A stretch of 64,000 nt of DNA from an uncultured Rhodospirillaceae bacterium (lineage in GTDB: Bacteria; Pseudomonadota; Alphaproteobacteria; Micavibrionales; UBA2020), in assembly GCA_964476835.1 (NCBI GenBank), contig CAYZCE010000004.1, positions 16,244 through 80,243 on the forward strand. Reading direction: 5' to 3'. The notes under the pieces were generated by a model. That model was not told where the DNA came from. It ran no database searches and saw only the letters and a program-made list of their open reading frames with translations. Shown here piece after piece: positions 1-11,442 of this stretch. The translations under genes were made by a program, and so were the position numbers. Each line of letters opens with the position of its first letter. The stretch's first letter is position 1.

Positions 1-13
1 TTCTTGAATATCT

Positions 14-1324
14 TCAGCATGGCATTCCTTTCAGCACGCCATTCTCGGCGGCGAGAATCTTGACGGGGATCAATTGACCCGGCGCGACATCGGTTGCAAA
101 CGCGACGGCGCTGAAATATTCCGTGTGCCCCTTGTTGCCGCGCTCGGTCAGCACAGGCAGCGTCTTGCCGACCAGCGATTGCAGGTGTCGGTCGAGCATA
201 CGGTCGCCGAGGTCGCGTAGGCGTTTCGCGCGGTCCTTGCGCAGCGTGCCGTGCACCTGCGGCATGCGCGCGGCGGGCGTGCCGGTGCGCGCCGAGTACG
301 GAAAGACATGCAGGAACGTGAGGCCGCAATCCTCGGCGGCTTTATACGTGTTCTCGAACATCTCGTCCGTCTCGGTCGGGAAGCCTGCGATGATGTCTGC
401 GCCGAAGACGATGTCAGAGCGTAAGCTGCGCGCCTTCTCGACCACCGTGAACAGGTCCTTGCGCAAATGGCGACGCTTCATGCGCTTCAACACCATATCA
501 TCGCCTGCCTGCATGCTCAGATGCAGGTGCGGCATCAGGCGCGGCTCTTCCGCGATCAGTTGCCAGAGGTCATCGTCGATCTCGACGGGGTCGAGGGATG
601 AGAGGCGCAGGCGCTTGATATCCGGCACCAGCGCCAGCAGGCGGCGCATCATCTGGCCGAGCGTCGGCTTGCCCGGCAGGTCGGGGCCGTAGGACGTAAT
701 ATCTACGCCTGTCAGCACGATCTCGTGATAGCCGCGCTCCGTCAACGCGCGCGCCTGCTCGACGATCTCGCCGATGGCGACCGAGCGTGAATTGCCACGC
801 GCGAAAGGAATGATGCAGAACGTGCAGCGGTGATCGCAGCCGTTCTGCACTTGCAGAAACGCGCGCGCATGGTCGTCGAAGCCACCGATCATGTGGCTGG
901 CGGTTTCCTTCACTTCCATGATGTCGTTAACACGCACGCGCTCGCCCAACTGCCAGCCCTCGGCCTTGAGCTTGAGGTCGTTGCCGATGACGTGGGAAAC
1001 TTCCGGCATCGCGCCGAAGCCCTGCGGGTCCAGCTGCGCCGCGCATCCGGTGACGATCACCTTGGCATCGGGGTTCTCGCGCTTGGCGCGGCGCACCGCT
1101 TGGCGCGCCTTCTGCACGGCTTCGTTGGTGACGGCGCAGGTGTTAATGATGATGGCGTCGTTCAGCCCCGCCTTTTTGGCGTGGTCTTTGATGACTTCGG
1201 ATTCATAAATATTCAGGCGGCAGCCGAAGGTGATGACTTTCGGCCCCTCGCCGCTTTGCTGCGCAAGCTGTATTTCTGCGTCAGGAAGATCTACGATTTC
1301 TTCTTTATCCGGACTCATTTCCAT
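14..1324 (-). CDS. mtaB: radical-SAM methylthiotransferase, MiaB/MtaB family (tRNA modification)
   Basis: 436-aa ORF; N-terminal UPF0004-type motif 'VITFGCRLNIYESE'; radical-SAM CxxxCxxC 'CDHRCTFCIIP'; C-terminal TRAM-like tail. Confidence 0.8.
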   Translation of the reverse strand: MEMSPDKEEIVDLPDAEIQLAQQSGEGPKVITFGCRLNIYESEVIKDHAKKAGLNDAIIINTCAVTNEAVQKARQAVRRAKRENPDAKVIVTGCAAQLDPQGFGAMPEVSHVIGNDLKLKAEGWQLGERVRVNDIMEVKETASHMIGGFDDHARAFLQVQNGCDHRCTFCIIPFARGNSRSVAIGEIVEQARALTERGYHEIVLTGVDITSYGPDLPGKPTLGQMMRRLLALVPDIKRLRLSSLDPVEIDDDLWQLIAEEPRLMPHLHLSMQAGDDMVLKRMKRRHLRKDLFTVVEKARSLRSDIVFGADIIAGFPTETDEMFENTYKAAEDCGLTFLHVFPYSARTGTPAARMPQVHGTLRKDRAKRLRDLGDRMLDRHLQSLVGKTLPVLTERGNKGHTEYFSAVAFATDVAPGQLIPVKILAAENGVLKGMPC

Positions 1325-1755
1325 CCATGCTCAAGGTAATGCTTGCCGCTCAGAATTGCGTCAAGAGCGTCACGAATATAGGGGATTGTGTTCTGCGGCA
1401 GCGCATCGAGCGGAAAAAAATCGAGTCCGCCGCATTTTTCAGGTTCCGCGTTGACGATGTCTCCCTGCCATTCTTCGGCCAGAAAGAAAAGATCTATCGA
1501 CTCACGGTCAGGATCCAGCCCGTGCATGACAAGCTTCATTGTCAGCGCGTCAGCGGGAATATCGATGCCGATTTCCTCTCTGACTTCACGGCGCAAACCT
1601 TCGGTGGCGGGTTCTCCGCCGTCAAGATGGCCGGACACCAGCCCATATTGCCCGTCTGCATAACCTGTGTTTTGCCTTAAAGACAGAAGGATGCTATTTC
1701 CTTTTTTAAGGATGAGATAAACGACAGGGATAAGCTTGAATCGTTCCTGCGCCAC
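1315..1755 (-). CDS. NUDIX hydrolase
   Basis: 146-aa ORF with complete Nudix box 'GHLDGGEPATEGLRREVREEIGI'; overlaps mtaB start by 10 nt. Confidence 0.85.
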   Translation of the reverse strand: MAQERFKLIPVVYLILKKGNSILLSLRQNTGYADGQYGLVSGHLDGGEPATEGLRREVREEIGIDIPADALTMKLVMHGLDPDRESIDLFFLAEEWQGDIVNAEPEKCGGLDFFPLDALPQNTIPYIRDALDAILSGKHYLEHGWK

Positions 1756-1773
1756 TTCGTCTTTATCCTTTGA

Positions 1774-2583
1774 CTAGAGATTAATCGTTCCGCGATAGAC
1801 TTCCTCGGCGTCGCCGGTCATGAGGATATGGTTATCGCTTTCCCGCCATTCAATGTCCAGCGTTCCGCCATCCAGCACGACCGCGGCCTTGCGCGCGGTG
1901 AGCCCGCGCCGCACGCCCGCCACCACCGTCGCGCACGCGCCGGTGCCGCAAGCTTGCGTTATGCCAACGCCGCGCTCCCACACGCGCATGCGCAATTTAT
2001 CATGTGCGAGGACTTCGGCGATCTCGACGTTGACGCGTTTGGGAAACAGCGGATGATGCTCGACCTGCGGCCCGAGCGTCTCGAGCGGCACCGCGCTCAC
2101 GTCGGCGACGAAAAACACCGCATGCGGATTGCCGACGTTGACGCCGCTCGCCTGTTTCAGTTCGCCGATGTTCACGGGAATAAAATTGACGTCTTCATCT
2201 TGCAATAGCGGAATTTCCTGCCACGCTAGATGAACAGGACCCATATCTACCGTCACCTTGTCGCTGCTTTTCCATGCTTCGAGCGTGGCGGCGCGGGTCT
2301 GCAGTTTCAGCGGGCCTTCCTGCATCAGCAGCTTCGCCACGCAGCGGCTCGCATTACCACAGGCGCCAACTTCGCTGCCGTCCGCATTGTAAATGCGCAT
2401 GAAAGCGCTCGTGTCGGGGTCGCGCGGCGGCTCGATCAGGACGATTTGGTCAAAGCCGATGCCCGTCCGGCGGTCGGCCCAGAGCCTGATTCTTTCCGCT
2501 GAAATATCAATTGCTTGCGCGCGGACGTCGATAATGACGAAGTCATTGCCGAGGCCGTGCATTTTGACGAAGGAGATTGCCAT
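1774..2583 (-). CDS. dapF: diaminopimelate epimerase
   Basis: 'MHGLGNDFVIID' N-terminus; both catalytic Cys contexts present ('GACGNASRC', 'QACGTGACA'). Confidence 0.9.
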   Translation of the reverse strand: MAISFVKMHGLGNDFVIIDVRAQAIDISAERIRLWADRRTGIGFDQIVLIEPPRDPDTSAFMRIYNADGSEVGACGNASRCVAKLLMQEGPLKLQTRAATLEAWKSSDKVTVDMGPVHLAWQEIPLLQDEDVNFIPVNIGELKQASGVNVGNPHAVFFVADVSAVPLETLGPQVEHHPLFPKRVNVEIAEVLAHDKLRMRVWERGVGITQACGTGACATVVAGVRRGLTARKAAVVLDGGTLDIEWRESDNHILMTGDAEEVYRGTINL

Positions 2584-2767
2584 GAACTGCTTATAAACCT
2601 ATTTTCTCTGTTATACAATCCGTTAAGGCCCTTCCCTCATCTAAAACATTGAGTCAAGGGTGTTTTTTTGTCCATAAACCGCCAAGACGGGTTGATTTCC
2701 TGTTTTCGGGAAGACTATAATCAACACGGATTCTGAACATAGAATATTGAAAGTAAATGAGGACGTT

Positions 2768-3646
2768 ATGTCGGAGAAGAACAACGTGCGCCTAGCCCTT
2801 ATCCTGATCGTGATCGTCGCGATCGGCGTGGGATTGTTTTACATGTCGACGGGCTCGAAGCCGATCGATCAAACGGCAACGCCGCCCGCACCCGTGGCTT
2901 CCGCTGATGCGACAGCACCGGCAGCTGACACGTCCGCACCGACGCCTGCAACCGACGCAGCACCTGCTGCAGATGCCGTAACGCCGTCTGCGGCGGCGGC
3001 GACCGATGCAACTCCCGCTGCTGCCCCTGCTGAGGCCGCTCCGGTTGCTGAAGCCGCCAAGCCCGCCGACGGCAGCCTGCTGGCCGCGCCCACCGCGCTG
3101 ACGATCGACGTCGCCGCCGCCATGAAGGACCGCGTCATCGGCAAGGAAGACGCGCCCGTCACCATCATCGAATACGCCTCCCTCTCCTGCCCGCACTGCG
3201 CGCACTTCACCAAGGACATCCTGCCCGAAGTGAAGAAGCAGCTGATCGACACCGGCAAGGCCAAGCTGATCTTCCGCGACTTCCCGCTCGACAGCTTCGC
3301 GCTCAAGGCGTCCGAGATGGCGCGCTGCGCGGATGCCGACAAGTATTTCGGCCTCATCGAAGTCATCTTCAGCAGCCAAGAACGCTGGACGCAGGCGAAG
3401 GATCCGCTTGATGCGCTGGCGCAGATCGGCGCGCTCTCGGGCATGGACACCGACACCTTCAAGGCCTGCACGACCAACACCGAACTCGAGAACGCGATCC
3501 TCAAGGGCGTCAACGACGCGCAATCGCAGTTCAAGGTGCGCTCCACGCCCACCTTCGTCTTCAATAACGGCGAACAGACGCTGACCGGCGCGCAGGACGC
3601 GTCCGACTTCGTCAAGATCGTCGACAAGCTTAGCGGCGGCAAATAA
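2768..3646 (+). CDS. DsbA-family thiol:disulfide oxidoreductase, membrane-anchored with Ala/Pro-rich linker
   Basis: N-terminal TM helix 'LALILIVIVAIGVGLFY'; about 70-aa A/P/T-rich linker; thioredoxin fold with CxxC 'SCPHCAHF'. ATG at 2768 preferred over the TTG at 2747 (GAGGA-type RBS upstream). Confidence 0.8.
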   Translation: MSEKNNVRLALILIVIVAIGVGLFYMSTGSKPIDQTATPPAPVASADATAPAADTSAPTPATDAAPAADAVTPSAAAATDATPAAAPAEAAPVAEAAKPADGSLLAAPTALTIDVAAAMKDRVIGKEDAPVTIIEYASLSCPHCAHFTKDILPEVKKQLIDTGKAKLIFRDFPLDSFALKASEMARCADADKYFGLIEVIFSSQERWTQAKDPLDALAQIGALSGMDTDTFKACTTNTELENAILKGVNDAQSQFKVRSTPTFVFNNGEQTLTGAQDASDFVKIVDKLSGGK

Positions 3647-3664
3647 GAATACAGGGGGAACGTC

Positions 3665-6600
3665 ATGGTACAGTTCAACAAGCTCAAGCTTTCCGGCTTC
3701 AAGTCCTTCGTCGAACCAACCGAACTTGAAATCGGCCCGGGTCTCACCGGCATCGTCGGCCCCAACGGCTGCGGCAAGTCGAACCTCGTCGAGGCGCTCC
3801 GCTGGGCGATGGGCGAAAACTCGCCCAAGCGCATGCGCAGCTCGGGCATGGACGACGTCATCTTCGCGGGCACCGACCAGCGCCCCGCGCGCAACACGGC
3901 GGAAGTCATCCTGACGCTCGACAACACCGACCGCACCGCGCCCGCCGAAATCAACGACAGCGACGAACTCGAGATCTCCCGCAAGATCGAGCGCGAAGTC
4001 GGCTCCGTCTACAAGGTCAACGGCAAGAGCGTCCGCATGCGCGACGTCCAGCTGCTGTTCGCCGACAGCTCTATCGGCGCGCACTCGCCGGCTCTCGTGA
4101 GCCAAGGCCGCGTCGCCGACATGATCAACGCCAAGCCGCAACAGCGCCGCATGGTGCTCGAAGAAGCCGCCGGCATCTCCGGCCTGCACGCCCGCCGCCA
4201 CGAGGCGGAACTGAAGCTGCGCGCCGCCGAAACCAACCTGACCCGCGTCGAAGACGTCCTCGGCTCGATGAACACGCAGCTTGAATCCCTCAAGAAGCAA
4301 TCGCGTCAAGCATCCCGCTACCGCAACCTTTCCACGCACATCCAGGTCGCCGAAGGCGGCCTGCTCTACAAGCGCTGGATGGAAAGCACCACCGCCGTCA
4401 CCGAAGCGCTCGCCGCGTTCGAAGCCGCCGAGAGCATCGTGCGCGAGAAGACCCTCTCCGTCACCCAGCTGACAACCGCGCAGACCGAAGCCGCCGCCGC
4501 CGTGCCGCAGCTCCGCCAGAACGAAGCCGAAGCCGCCGCCGCGCTGCAACGCCTCAAGCTCGCCTACGGCAGCCTTGAGACCGAAGAGCGCCAGGTCATC
4601 GAAGAGCGCACGAAGTCCGAGCAGCTGCTCACCCAGTACAGCAACGACGTCAGCCACGAAAACGTGCAAAAGTCGGAAGCCAACGACACCGTCACCCGCC
4701 TGAACGATGAGCACGCAACGCTGGAACAAGACAGCGAACAGCAGGCCGAGAACGAAGAAAGCGCCCGCCTCCTCGCCGAAGAACAGCAGCAATCGGTCGA
4801 AAAGTCCGAAGGCGAAGTCTCCGAACTGACCGAAGAAGTCGCCGCTCAGGACGCAGCCCGCAACGCCGCGCAACGCGCCCTGCAAGACCTCGAGCGCCGC
4901 CACGCGCACATCGTCTCGCGCAAGGAAAGCCTCGAGAACGAATACGCGACCCTCCTCGCCAACACGCCCGCCAAAGCGCAGTTGGAAGAAGTCGCGGCCG
5001 CGATCGTTGTCTCTGAAGAAACCTATGCCCAAGCCGTCGCCGCCTTCGACGCCGCCGAAGCGACCCGCGCCACTGCTGAAACCGCGCAATCGGATGCGAC
5101 CGAGCAGTTCCAGTCCGTGCAAAAGACTTTCGGCCAACTGACCGCCGAAGCCGACGCGCTGCGCCGCATCCTGAAGAGCCAGCAGTCCGACTACCAGCCT
5201 GTCCTCGACCTGCTTGCGGTCGAAGCCGGCCTTGAAAAGGCCATGGCCGTCGCGCTCGGCGACGACCTGCAAGCGACGCTCGACGGCTCCGCGCCGATCT
5301 TCTGGCGCGAACTGCCGGAATTCTCGGCATCCGCCACCCTGCCCGCACAAGCCAAGCCGCTGACGCAATTCGTCCAAGGCCCCGCCGCGCTGTCGCGCAC
5401 GCTGTCGCAAATCGGCGTCGTCGATACGGCTGACATCGCCGAAGCGATCATGTCCGAACTGCAGCCCGGCCAGTGCCTCGTCACGCTCGACGGCGGCGCA
5501 TGGCGTTGGGACGGCCTCGTCGTCACGCCGAACGCAGAAAACGCCGCCGCGATCCGCCTGCAGCAAAAAAACCGCCTCGCCGACCTCGACGCCGAGATCG
5601 CCGTCGTTCAGGTAAAGCTGGATGAAGCGCGTGCGACGCTTGACGCCGCCCGCCAAGCCCGCAGCGCCGCCATCGACGCCGTCAACGCCGCGCGTCAAGC
5701 ATTCAAGTCGTCCGAGGAAACCCTCAACGGCCAGCGCCGCAGCCACGCACGCCTGACCGCGCAGCTGAGCGAAGTCACCGCCCGCCTCTCCGGCCTCGAA
5801 GCCTCCATCGGCAACGCGGCTGAAGAAGTCGAAGCGCTGTCCGGCCAGATCGTAGAAGCGCAAACGGCTTATGCCGCACTCCCCGATACCGTCGAGAGCC
5901 GTGAAAAGATCGTCGCGCTCAAGACCTCCCTCGGTGAAGCGCGCCAAACGCTGGCCGAGCGCCAGGCCTCCTACGCGGAAATCCGCCGCGCCGGCGAAGC
6001 CCGCAATCGTCGCATGGCGCAGATCACCGACGAAGTCGGCGTCTGGAACTCCCGCCTCGAGCGCATCGACCTGCGCGTGATCGAGCTCGAAGAACGCATC
6101 CAGCAGGCGCAAGACGTCATCAACCGCCTCGCCGAGCGTCCCGCGCAAATCGCGCAGGAGAAGCAGGGCCTGATGAGCCACATCTCCGACGCCGAGCAAA
6201 AGCGTCAGGATGCCGCCGACGTGCTGGTCTCCGCCGAGAACACCTCGAACGAGCTGGCGCGCGAGTTGCGCGCGTCCGAAAGCGCCCTGTCCGACGCCCG
6301 CGAAGCCCGCGCCATGGCGCAGGCGAGCGTCAACACCTCGCAGCACACCCAGGCGGGCATCGAGGCGACCATCCATGAAAAGTTCGCCTGCACGCCCGAA
6401 GAAATGGTGGCGCGCCTCGAACTCATCGTCGCCGAACTCCCCGGCATCGAGGAACTGGCGCAAAAGCTCGACCGCCTCGTCCGCGAGCGCGACAACATGG
6501 GCCCCGTGAACCTGCGCGCCGAAGTGGAAAGCCAGGAAATCACCGAGCAGATGACCACGATGCAGACCGAGCGCGACGACCTTGTCCAAGCGATCGAGAA

Positions 6601-7123
6601 GCTGCGCGAAGGCATCAACACCCTCAACAAGGAAGCGCGCCAGCGCCTGCTGTCGGCCTTCGACACGGTCAACGCGCACTTCCAGAAGCTGTTCACCCGC
6701 CTCTTCAACGGCGGCTCCGCGCACCTCAAGCTGATCGAGGCGGACGACCCCCTCGAAGCCGGCCTCGAGATCTTCGCGCAGCCCCCGGGCAAGAAGCTGC
6801 AAGCCCTCTCGCTCCTCTCGGGCGGCGAGCAGACGCTGACCTCCATCGCGCTGATCTTCGGCATGTTCCTCACGAACCCCGCCCCGATCTGCGTCCTCGA
6901 TGAAGTTGACGCCCCCCTGGACGAAAGCAACGTCGACCGCTATTGCATGCTCCTCGAAGACCTCGTCAAGGAATGCCGCACCCGCTTCATGGTCATCACC
7001 CACCACCGCATGACCATGGCGCGCATGGATCGCCTCTACGGCGTCACCATGAGCGAACGCGGCGTGTCGCAATTGGTCTCCGTCGACCTCAAGCAACACG
7101 ACCTGAACCTCGAAGCTGCGTAA
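3665..7123 (+). CDS. smc: chromosome segregation ATPase SMC
   Basis: 1152 aa; Walker A 'GPNGCGKSN'; long coiled coils; signature 'LSGGEQTL'; Walker B 'CVLDEVDAPLD'. Confidence 0.95.
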   Translation: MVQFNKLKLSGFKSFVEPTELEIGPGLTGIVGPNGCGKSNLVEALRWAMGENSPKRMRSSGMDDVIFAGTDQRPARNTAEVILTLDNTDRTAPAEINDSDELEISRKIEREVGSVYKVNGKSVRMRDVQLLFADSSIGAHSPALVSQGRVADMINAKPQQRRMVLEEAAGISGLHARRHEAELKLRAAETNLTRVEDVLGSMNTQLESLKKQSRQASRYRNLSTHIQVAEGGLLYKRWMESTTAVTEALAAFEAAESIVREKTLSVTQLTTAQTEAAAAVPQLRQNEAEAAAALQRLKLAYGSLETEERQVIEERTKSEQLLTQYSNDVSHENVQKSEANDTVTRLNDEHATLEQDSEQQAENEESARLLAEEQQQSVEKSEGEVSELTEEVAAQDAARNAAQRALQDLERRHAHIVSRKESLENEYATLLANTPAKAQLEEVAAAIVVSEETYAQAVAAFDAAEATRATAETAQSDATEQFQSVQKTFGQLTAEADALRRILKSQQSDYQPVLDLLAVEAGLEKAMAVALGDDLQATLDGSAPIFWRELPEFSASATLPAQAKPLTQFVQGPAALSRTLSQIGVVDTADIAEAIMSELQPGQCLVTLDGGAWRWDGLVVTPNAENAAAIRLQQKNRLADLDAEIAVVQVKLDEARATLDAARQARSAAIDAVNAARQAFKSSEETLNGQRRSHARLTAQLSEVTARLSGLEASIGNAAEEVEALSGQIVEAQTAYAALPDTVESREKIVALKTSLGEARQTLAERQASYAEIRRAGEARNRRMAQITDEVGVWNSRLERIDLRVIELEERIQQAQDVINRLAERPAQIAQEKQGLMSHISDAEQKRQDAADVLVSAENTSNELARELRASESALSDAREARAMAQASVNTSQHTQAGIEATIHEKFACTPEEMVARLELIVAELPGIEELAQKLDRLVRERDNMGPVNLRAEVESQEITEQMTTMQTERDDLVQAIEKLREGINTLNKEARQRLLSAFDTVNAHFQKLFTRLFNGGSAHLKLIEADDPLEAGLEIFAQPPGKKLQALSLLSGGEQTLTSIALIFGMFLTNPAPICVLDEVDAPLDESNVDRYCMLLEDLVKECRTRFMVITHHRMTMARMDRLYGVTMSERGVSQLVSVDLKQHDLNLEAA

Positions 7124-7151
7124 AGAGGGCTGTTTCCGTCCTCTTTCCTGT

Positions 7152-7183
7152 AAAAAAGCCGCCTTGCAAAGGGCGGCTTTTTT
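7152..7183 (+). terminator. rho-independent terminator after smc
   Basis: A-tract, stem GCCGCC / GGCGGC with 8-nt loop, then TTTTTT. Confidence 0.7.
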
Positions 7184-7199
7184 GCGCTAGGACTCTTGT

Positions 7200-8141
7200 A
7201 TGTCCAACGCCTCCTACATCGTCGCCGCGCTTTACAAGTTCGCCCCCCTCGCCGACCTGCCGGCGATGCAGGCGGAGATCTTGGACGTCTGCAAGCGGAA
7301 CAACATCTGCGGCACCCTGCTGCTGGCGCAAGAGGGCATCAACGGCACCATCGCGGGCAGCCGCGAAGGCATTGACGAGACGCTGGCGTTCCTGCGCTCT
7401 TATCCCTACCTGCACGATCTTGAACACAAGGAGTCGACCGCGACAGAAGAGCCGTTCTACCGCATGAAGGTGCGCCTCAAGAAAGAGATCGTCACCATTG
7501 GCCTGCCCGAAGTCGATCCCAACGAGACGGTCGGCACCTACCTCGAGCCGGAGGAATGGAACAAGGTCATCTCCGACCCCGACACCGTCGTCATCGACAC
7601 GCGCAACGACTACGAAGTCAAGATCGGCACCTTCAAGGGCGCGGTCGACCCGCATACCAAGACCTTCCGCGAATTCCCGAACTATGTGCAATCGCACTTC
7701 TCGCCGGACAAAAACAAGAAAGTCGCCATGTTCTGCACCGGCGGCATCCGCTGCGAGAAGGCGTCGGCCTACATGAAGAATCTGGGGTTCGAGGAGGTCT
7801 ATCACCTCAAGGGCGGGATCCTTAAATACCTCGAGACCGTGCCGAAAGAGGAAAGCCTGTGGGAGGGCGATTGCTTCGTCTTCGACCAGCGCGTGTCAGT
7901 CAGGCATGGCCTGCATCAGGGCGATTACGTGCTCTGCCCCTCTTGCCGCCATCCGGTCGGGCCCGAGGACCGCAAGAGCGCGAAGTATATCGAGGGCGTC
8001 GCCTGCCCCAATTGCCACGACGCGCTGACGCCTGAAAAACGCGCCGCCGCCGCCGAGCGCCAGCGCCAGATCAAGCTGGCCGAAGCGCGCGGGGAAAAGC
8101 ACATCGGCGCGCTATACGCGGCCGAGGGCGACGAGGATTAA
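7200..8141 (+). CDS. trhO: rhodanese-domain tRNA uridine(34) hydroxylase (YceA/TrhO family)
   Basis: 313 aa; rhodanese active-site loop '[11 protein letters not shown]'; C-terminal Cys cluster 'CPSCRHP...CPNCHD'. Confidence 0.8.
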   Translation: MSNASYIVAALYKFAPLADLPAMQAEILDVCKRNNICGTLLLAQEGINGTIAGSREGIDETLAFLRSYPYLHDLEHKESTATEEPFYRMKVRLKKEIVTIGLPEVDPNETVGTYLEPEEWNKVISDPDTVVIDTRNDYEVKIGTFKGAVDPHTKTFREFPNYVQSHFSPDKNKKVAMFCTGGIRCEKASAYMKNLGFEEVYHLKGGILKYLETVPKEESLWEGDCFVFDQRVSVRHGLHQGDYVLCPSCRHPVGPEDRKSAKYIEGVACPNCHDALTPEKRAAAAERQRQIKLAEARGEKHIGALYAAEGDED

Positions 8142-8755
8142 CCCTTCTTTTTCGTGGCGCAGCCGTCGCCTTGTTCGCAGGCGCGGCATTTGTCGCGCTG
8201 GCCGTCCCACTTCTTCTGGAAGTCATCGCCGTCGCCGTAGTCGATGAAATCGTAATAACGGTCGTGCATGCCTTTGGCCTTCTTGGCGTGCTTGATCGGG
8301 CACCAGTATTGCTCGGTGCGGCCGGCGACTTCGCGCGCGTAGGCGATGACGCCGTTGCCGTACTCGCAATAGATGCAGTTTATTTTCTGGATGATGTTGA
8401 GGTACGCGAGATACTTGCGGTCCATCACCACGTATTCGCCGCGTTTGACCTTGGGGATGCCGTAAACCGGGAAACAGATCGCCTGATAGAACGTGATGAA
8501 CAGGTCGAGCAGCACGAAGGGAATGATGCAGCTGTAGATCACCGGCGCCGTCACGAACATCATGATGGGCGACGTGCGCAGGAAGCGCGACAGCTTCATC
8601 CGCAGCAGGCGGTGGCGGACGACGACTTCCTGCTCGAAGACGACGCGCTCGCGCTCGAGGCGGTAGCGGAAGCGCGTGCGGCGTTCCTCGAGCCCCTGTT
8701 CGACGTCGTGCTGGATCTCGGAGAGCTTCTCGCGGATCTTGTCGGCCAGTTCCAT
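8138..8755 (-). CDS. hypothetical membrane protein with Cys-rich C-terminal domain
   Basis: 205 aa; N-terminal charged helix; hydrophobic hairpin '[37 protein letters not shown]'; Cys motifs 'CIYCEYG', 'WCPIKH', '[10 protein letters not shown]'. Family not recognised. Confidence 0.6.
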   Translation of the reverse strand: MELADKIREKLSEIQHDVEQGLEERRTRFRYRLERERVVFEQEVVVRHRLLRMKLSRFLRTSPIMMFVTAPVIYSCIIPFVLLDLFITFYQAICFPVYGIPKVKRGEYVVMDRKYLAYLNIIQKINCIYCEYGNGVIAYAREVAGRTEQYWCPIKHAKKAKGMHDRYYDFIDYGDGDDFQKKWDGQRDKCRACEQGDGCATKKKG

Positions 8756-8839
8756 GTGTTTCTCCTTCGTCTGTAATTCTATTCTGGAAAAATAGGCGCG
8801 GTGTGAAATCTCCCCGGGATTGTGCTATATTTCGCGGGC

Positions 8840-10026
<1,187 letters not shown>

Positions 10027-10030
<4 letters not shown>

Positions 10031-10275
10031 CCGCCATTTACCTGCTCCTCGCCTATATCCTGCCGATCCCGCTGATCTGGGCATGCTTCCACTACCACCT
10101 CTATGAGAACATGCCGGACATGCAGCGCATGCTGGCCATCGCCGTCACGGCCTTCGCGCCATCGGCGGTGCTGATGATCGTCGTGCTCAAGCGCCTCCTG
10201 CATTTGCTCTTTTACATCATGCTGGTGCTCGGCGCGCTCTATGGATTGCAACGCCTTGGATTTATCAAGCCATGA
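10027..10275 (+). CDS. small hydrophobic membrane protein (82 aa) embedded between kbl and tdh
   Basis: GTG start overlaps the kbl stop (GTGA); its stop overlaps the tdh ATG (ATGA); two to three predicted TM helices. No family recognised. Confidence 0.5.
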
Positions 10276-11300
10276 AAGCCCTCTATAAAAAAGAAGCCAA
10301 GCCCGGCATCTGGATGAAGACGGATGCGCCGATCCCCGAGATCGGCCCCAACGACGTCCTTATCAAGATCAAAAAGACCGCCATCTGCGGCACCGACATC
10401 CATATCTATAACTGGGATGAATGGTCGCAGAAGACCGTGCCGGTTGGGCTCATCACCGGCCATGAATATGTCGGCGTGATCGAGAAGGTCGGCGCGGAGG
10501 TCAAGGGCTTCAAGCCCGGCGACCGCGTCTGCGGCGAAGGCCACATCACCTGCGGGCATTGCCGCAACTGCCGCAGCGGCAAGCAGCACTTGTGCATCGA
10601 GCAGCGCGGCGTCGGTGTCAACCGTCAGGGCGCCTTCGCGGAATATCTGTCGCTGCCCGCCGTCAATACAGTGCGCATCCCCGACGACGTCAGCGACGAT
10701 GTCGCCGCGTTCTTCGATCCCTTCGGCAACGCGGCGCATACCGCGCTCTCGTTTGACCTTGTCGGCGAGGACGTACTGGTGACGGGCGCAGGCCCCATCG
10801 GCATCATGGCGGCGGCGATCTGCCGCTTCGTCGGCGCGCGCCACGTCGTCATTACCGATATCAACGACTACCGCCTCGAACTTGCGCGCAAGATGGGCAT
10901 CAAGCACACCGTCAACGTGAGCCGCGACAAGCTCGAAGACGTGATGAAGTCTCTCAAGATGACCGAGGGCTTCGACGTCGGCCTCGAGATGTCGGGCAAC
11001 GCGCAAGCCTTCCGCCAACTGATCGACCGCATGCGCCCCTCGGGCAAGATCGCCCTGCTGGGCATTCCGCCCGGCGACGTCAGCATCGACTGGAGCCGCG
11101 TGATCTTCAAGGGCCTGACCATGAAGGGCATCTACGGTCGCGAGATGTTCGAGACGTGGCACAAGATGATCTCGCTCGTGCAATCCGGCTTCGACCTCAC
11201 GCCCATCATCACCCACCGCTACCCCGCCGAGGATTTCGAGAAAGCCTTCCAGGCCATGGCCTCGGGCAATTCGGGCAAAGTCCTTCTGGAATGGGCGTAA
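10272..11300 (+). CDS. tdh: L-threonine 3-dehydrogenase
   Basis: Zn-ADH motifs '[12 protein letters not shown]' and structural-Zn Cys cluster '[15 protein letters not shown]'; Rossmann 'VTGAGPIG'. Confidence 0.92.
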   Translation: MKALYKKEAKPGIWMKTDAPIPEIGPNDVLIKIKKTAICGTDIHIYNWDEWSQKTVPVGLITGHEYVGVIEKVGAEVKGFKPGDRVCGEGHITCGHCRNCRSGKQHLCIEQRGVGVNRQGAFAEYLSLPAVNTVRIPDDVSDDVAAFFDPFGNAAHTALSFDLVGEDVLVTGAGPIGIMAAAICRFVGARHVVITDINDYRLELARKMGIKHTVNVSRDKLEDVMKSLKMTEGFDVGLEMSGNAQAFRQLIDRMRPSGKIALLGIPPGDVSIDWSRVIFKGLTMKGIYGREMFETWHKMISLVQSGFDLTPIITHRYPAEDFEKAFQAMASGNSGKVLLEWA

Positions 11301-11442
11301 AAGCTTCCGGCAGCCCCGTTATATCTATAGTTTATGTAAATATGTGGCAGCATCAAGCTTTTAGTAATTGAGCGGTTTTCGCTCTTGGGGCATGGTAGGC
11401 TCCGTCATTCATTTTTATCACCATCTGCGAAGGAGAATCCGC

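Noticed and set aside
2792-7099. 1435-aa ORF on the minus strand opposite smc
   Set aside because: Typical high-GC shadow ORF. It is R/G/A/L/V/D/E/H-rich low-complexity sequence with no motif, fully antisense to a gene with unambiguous SMC motifs.
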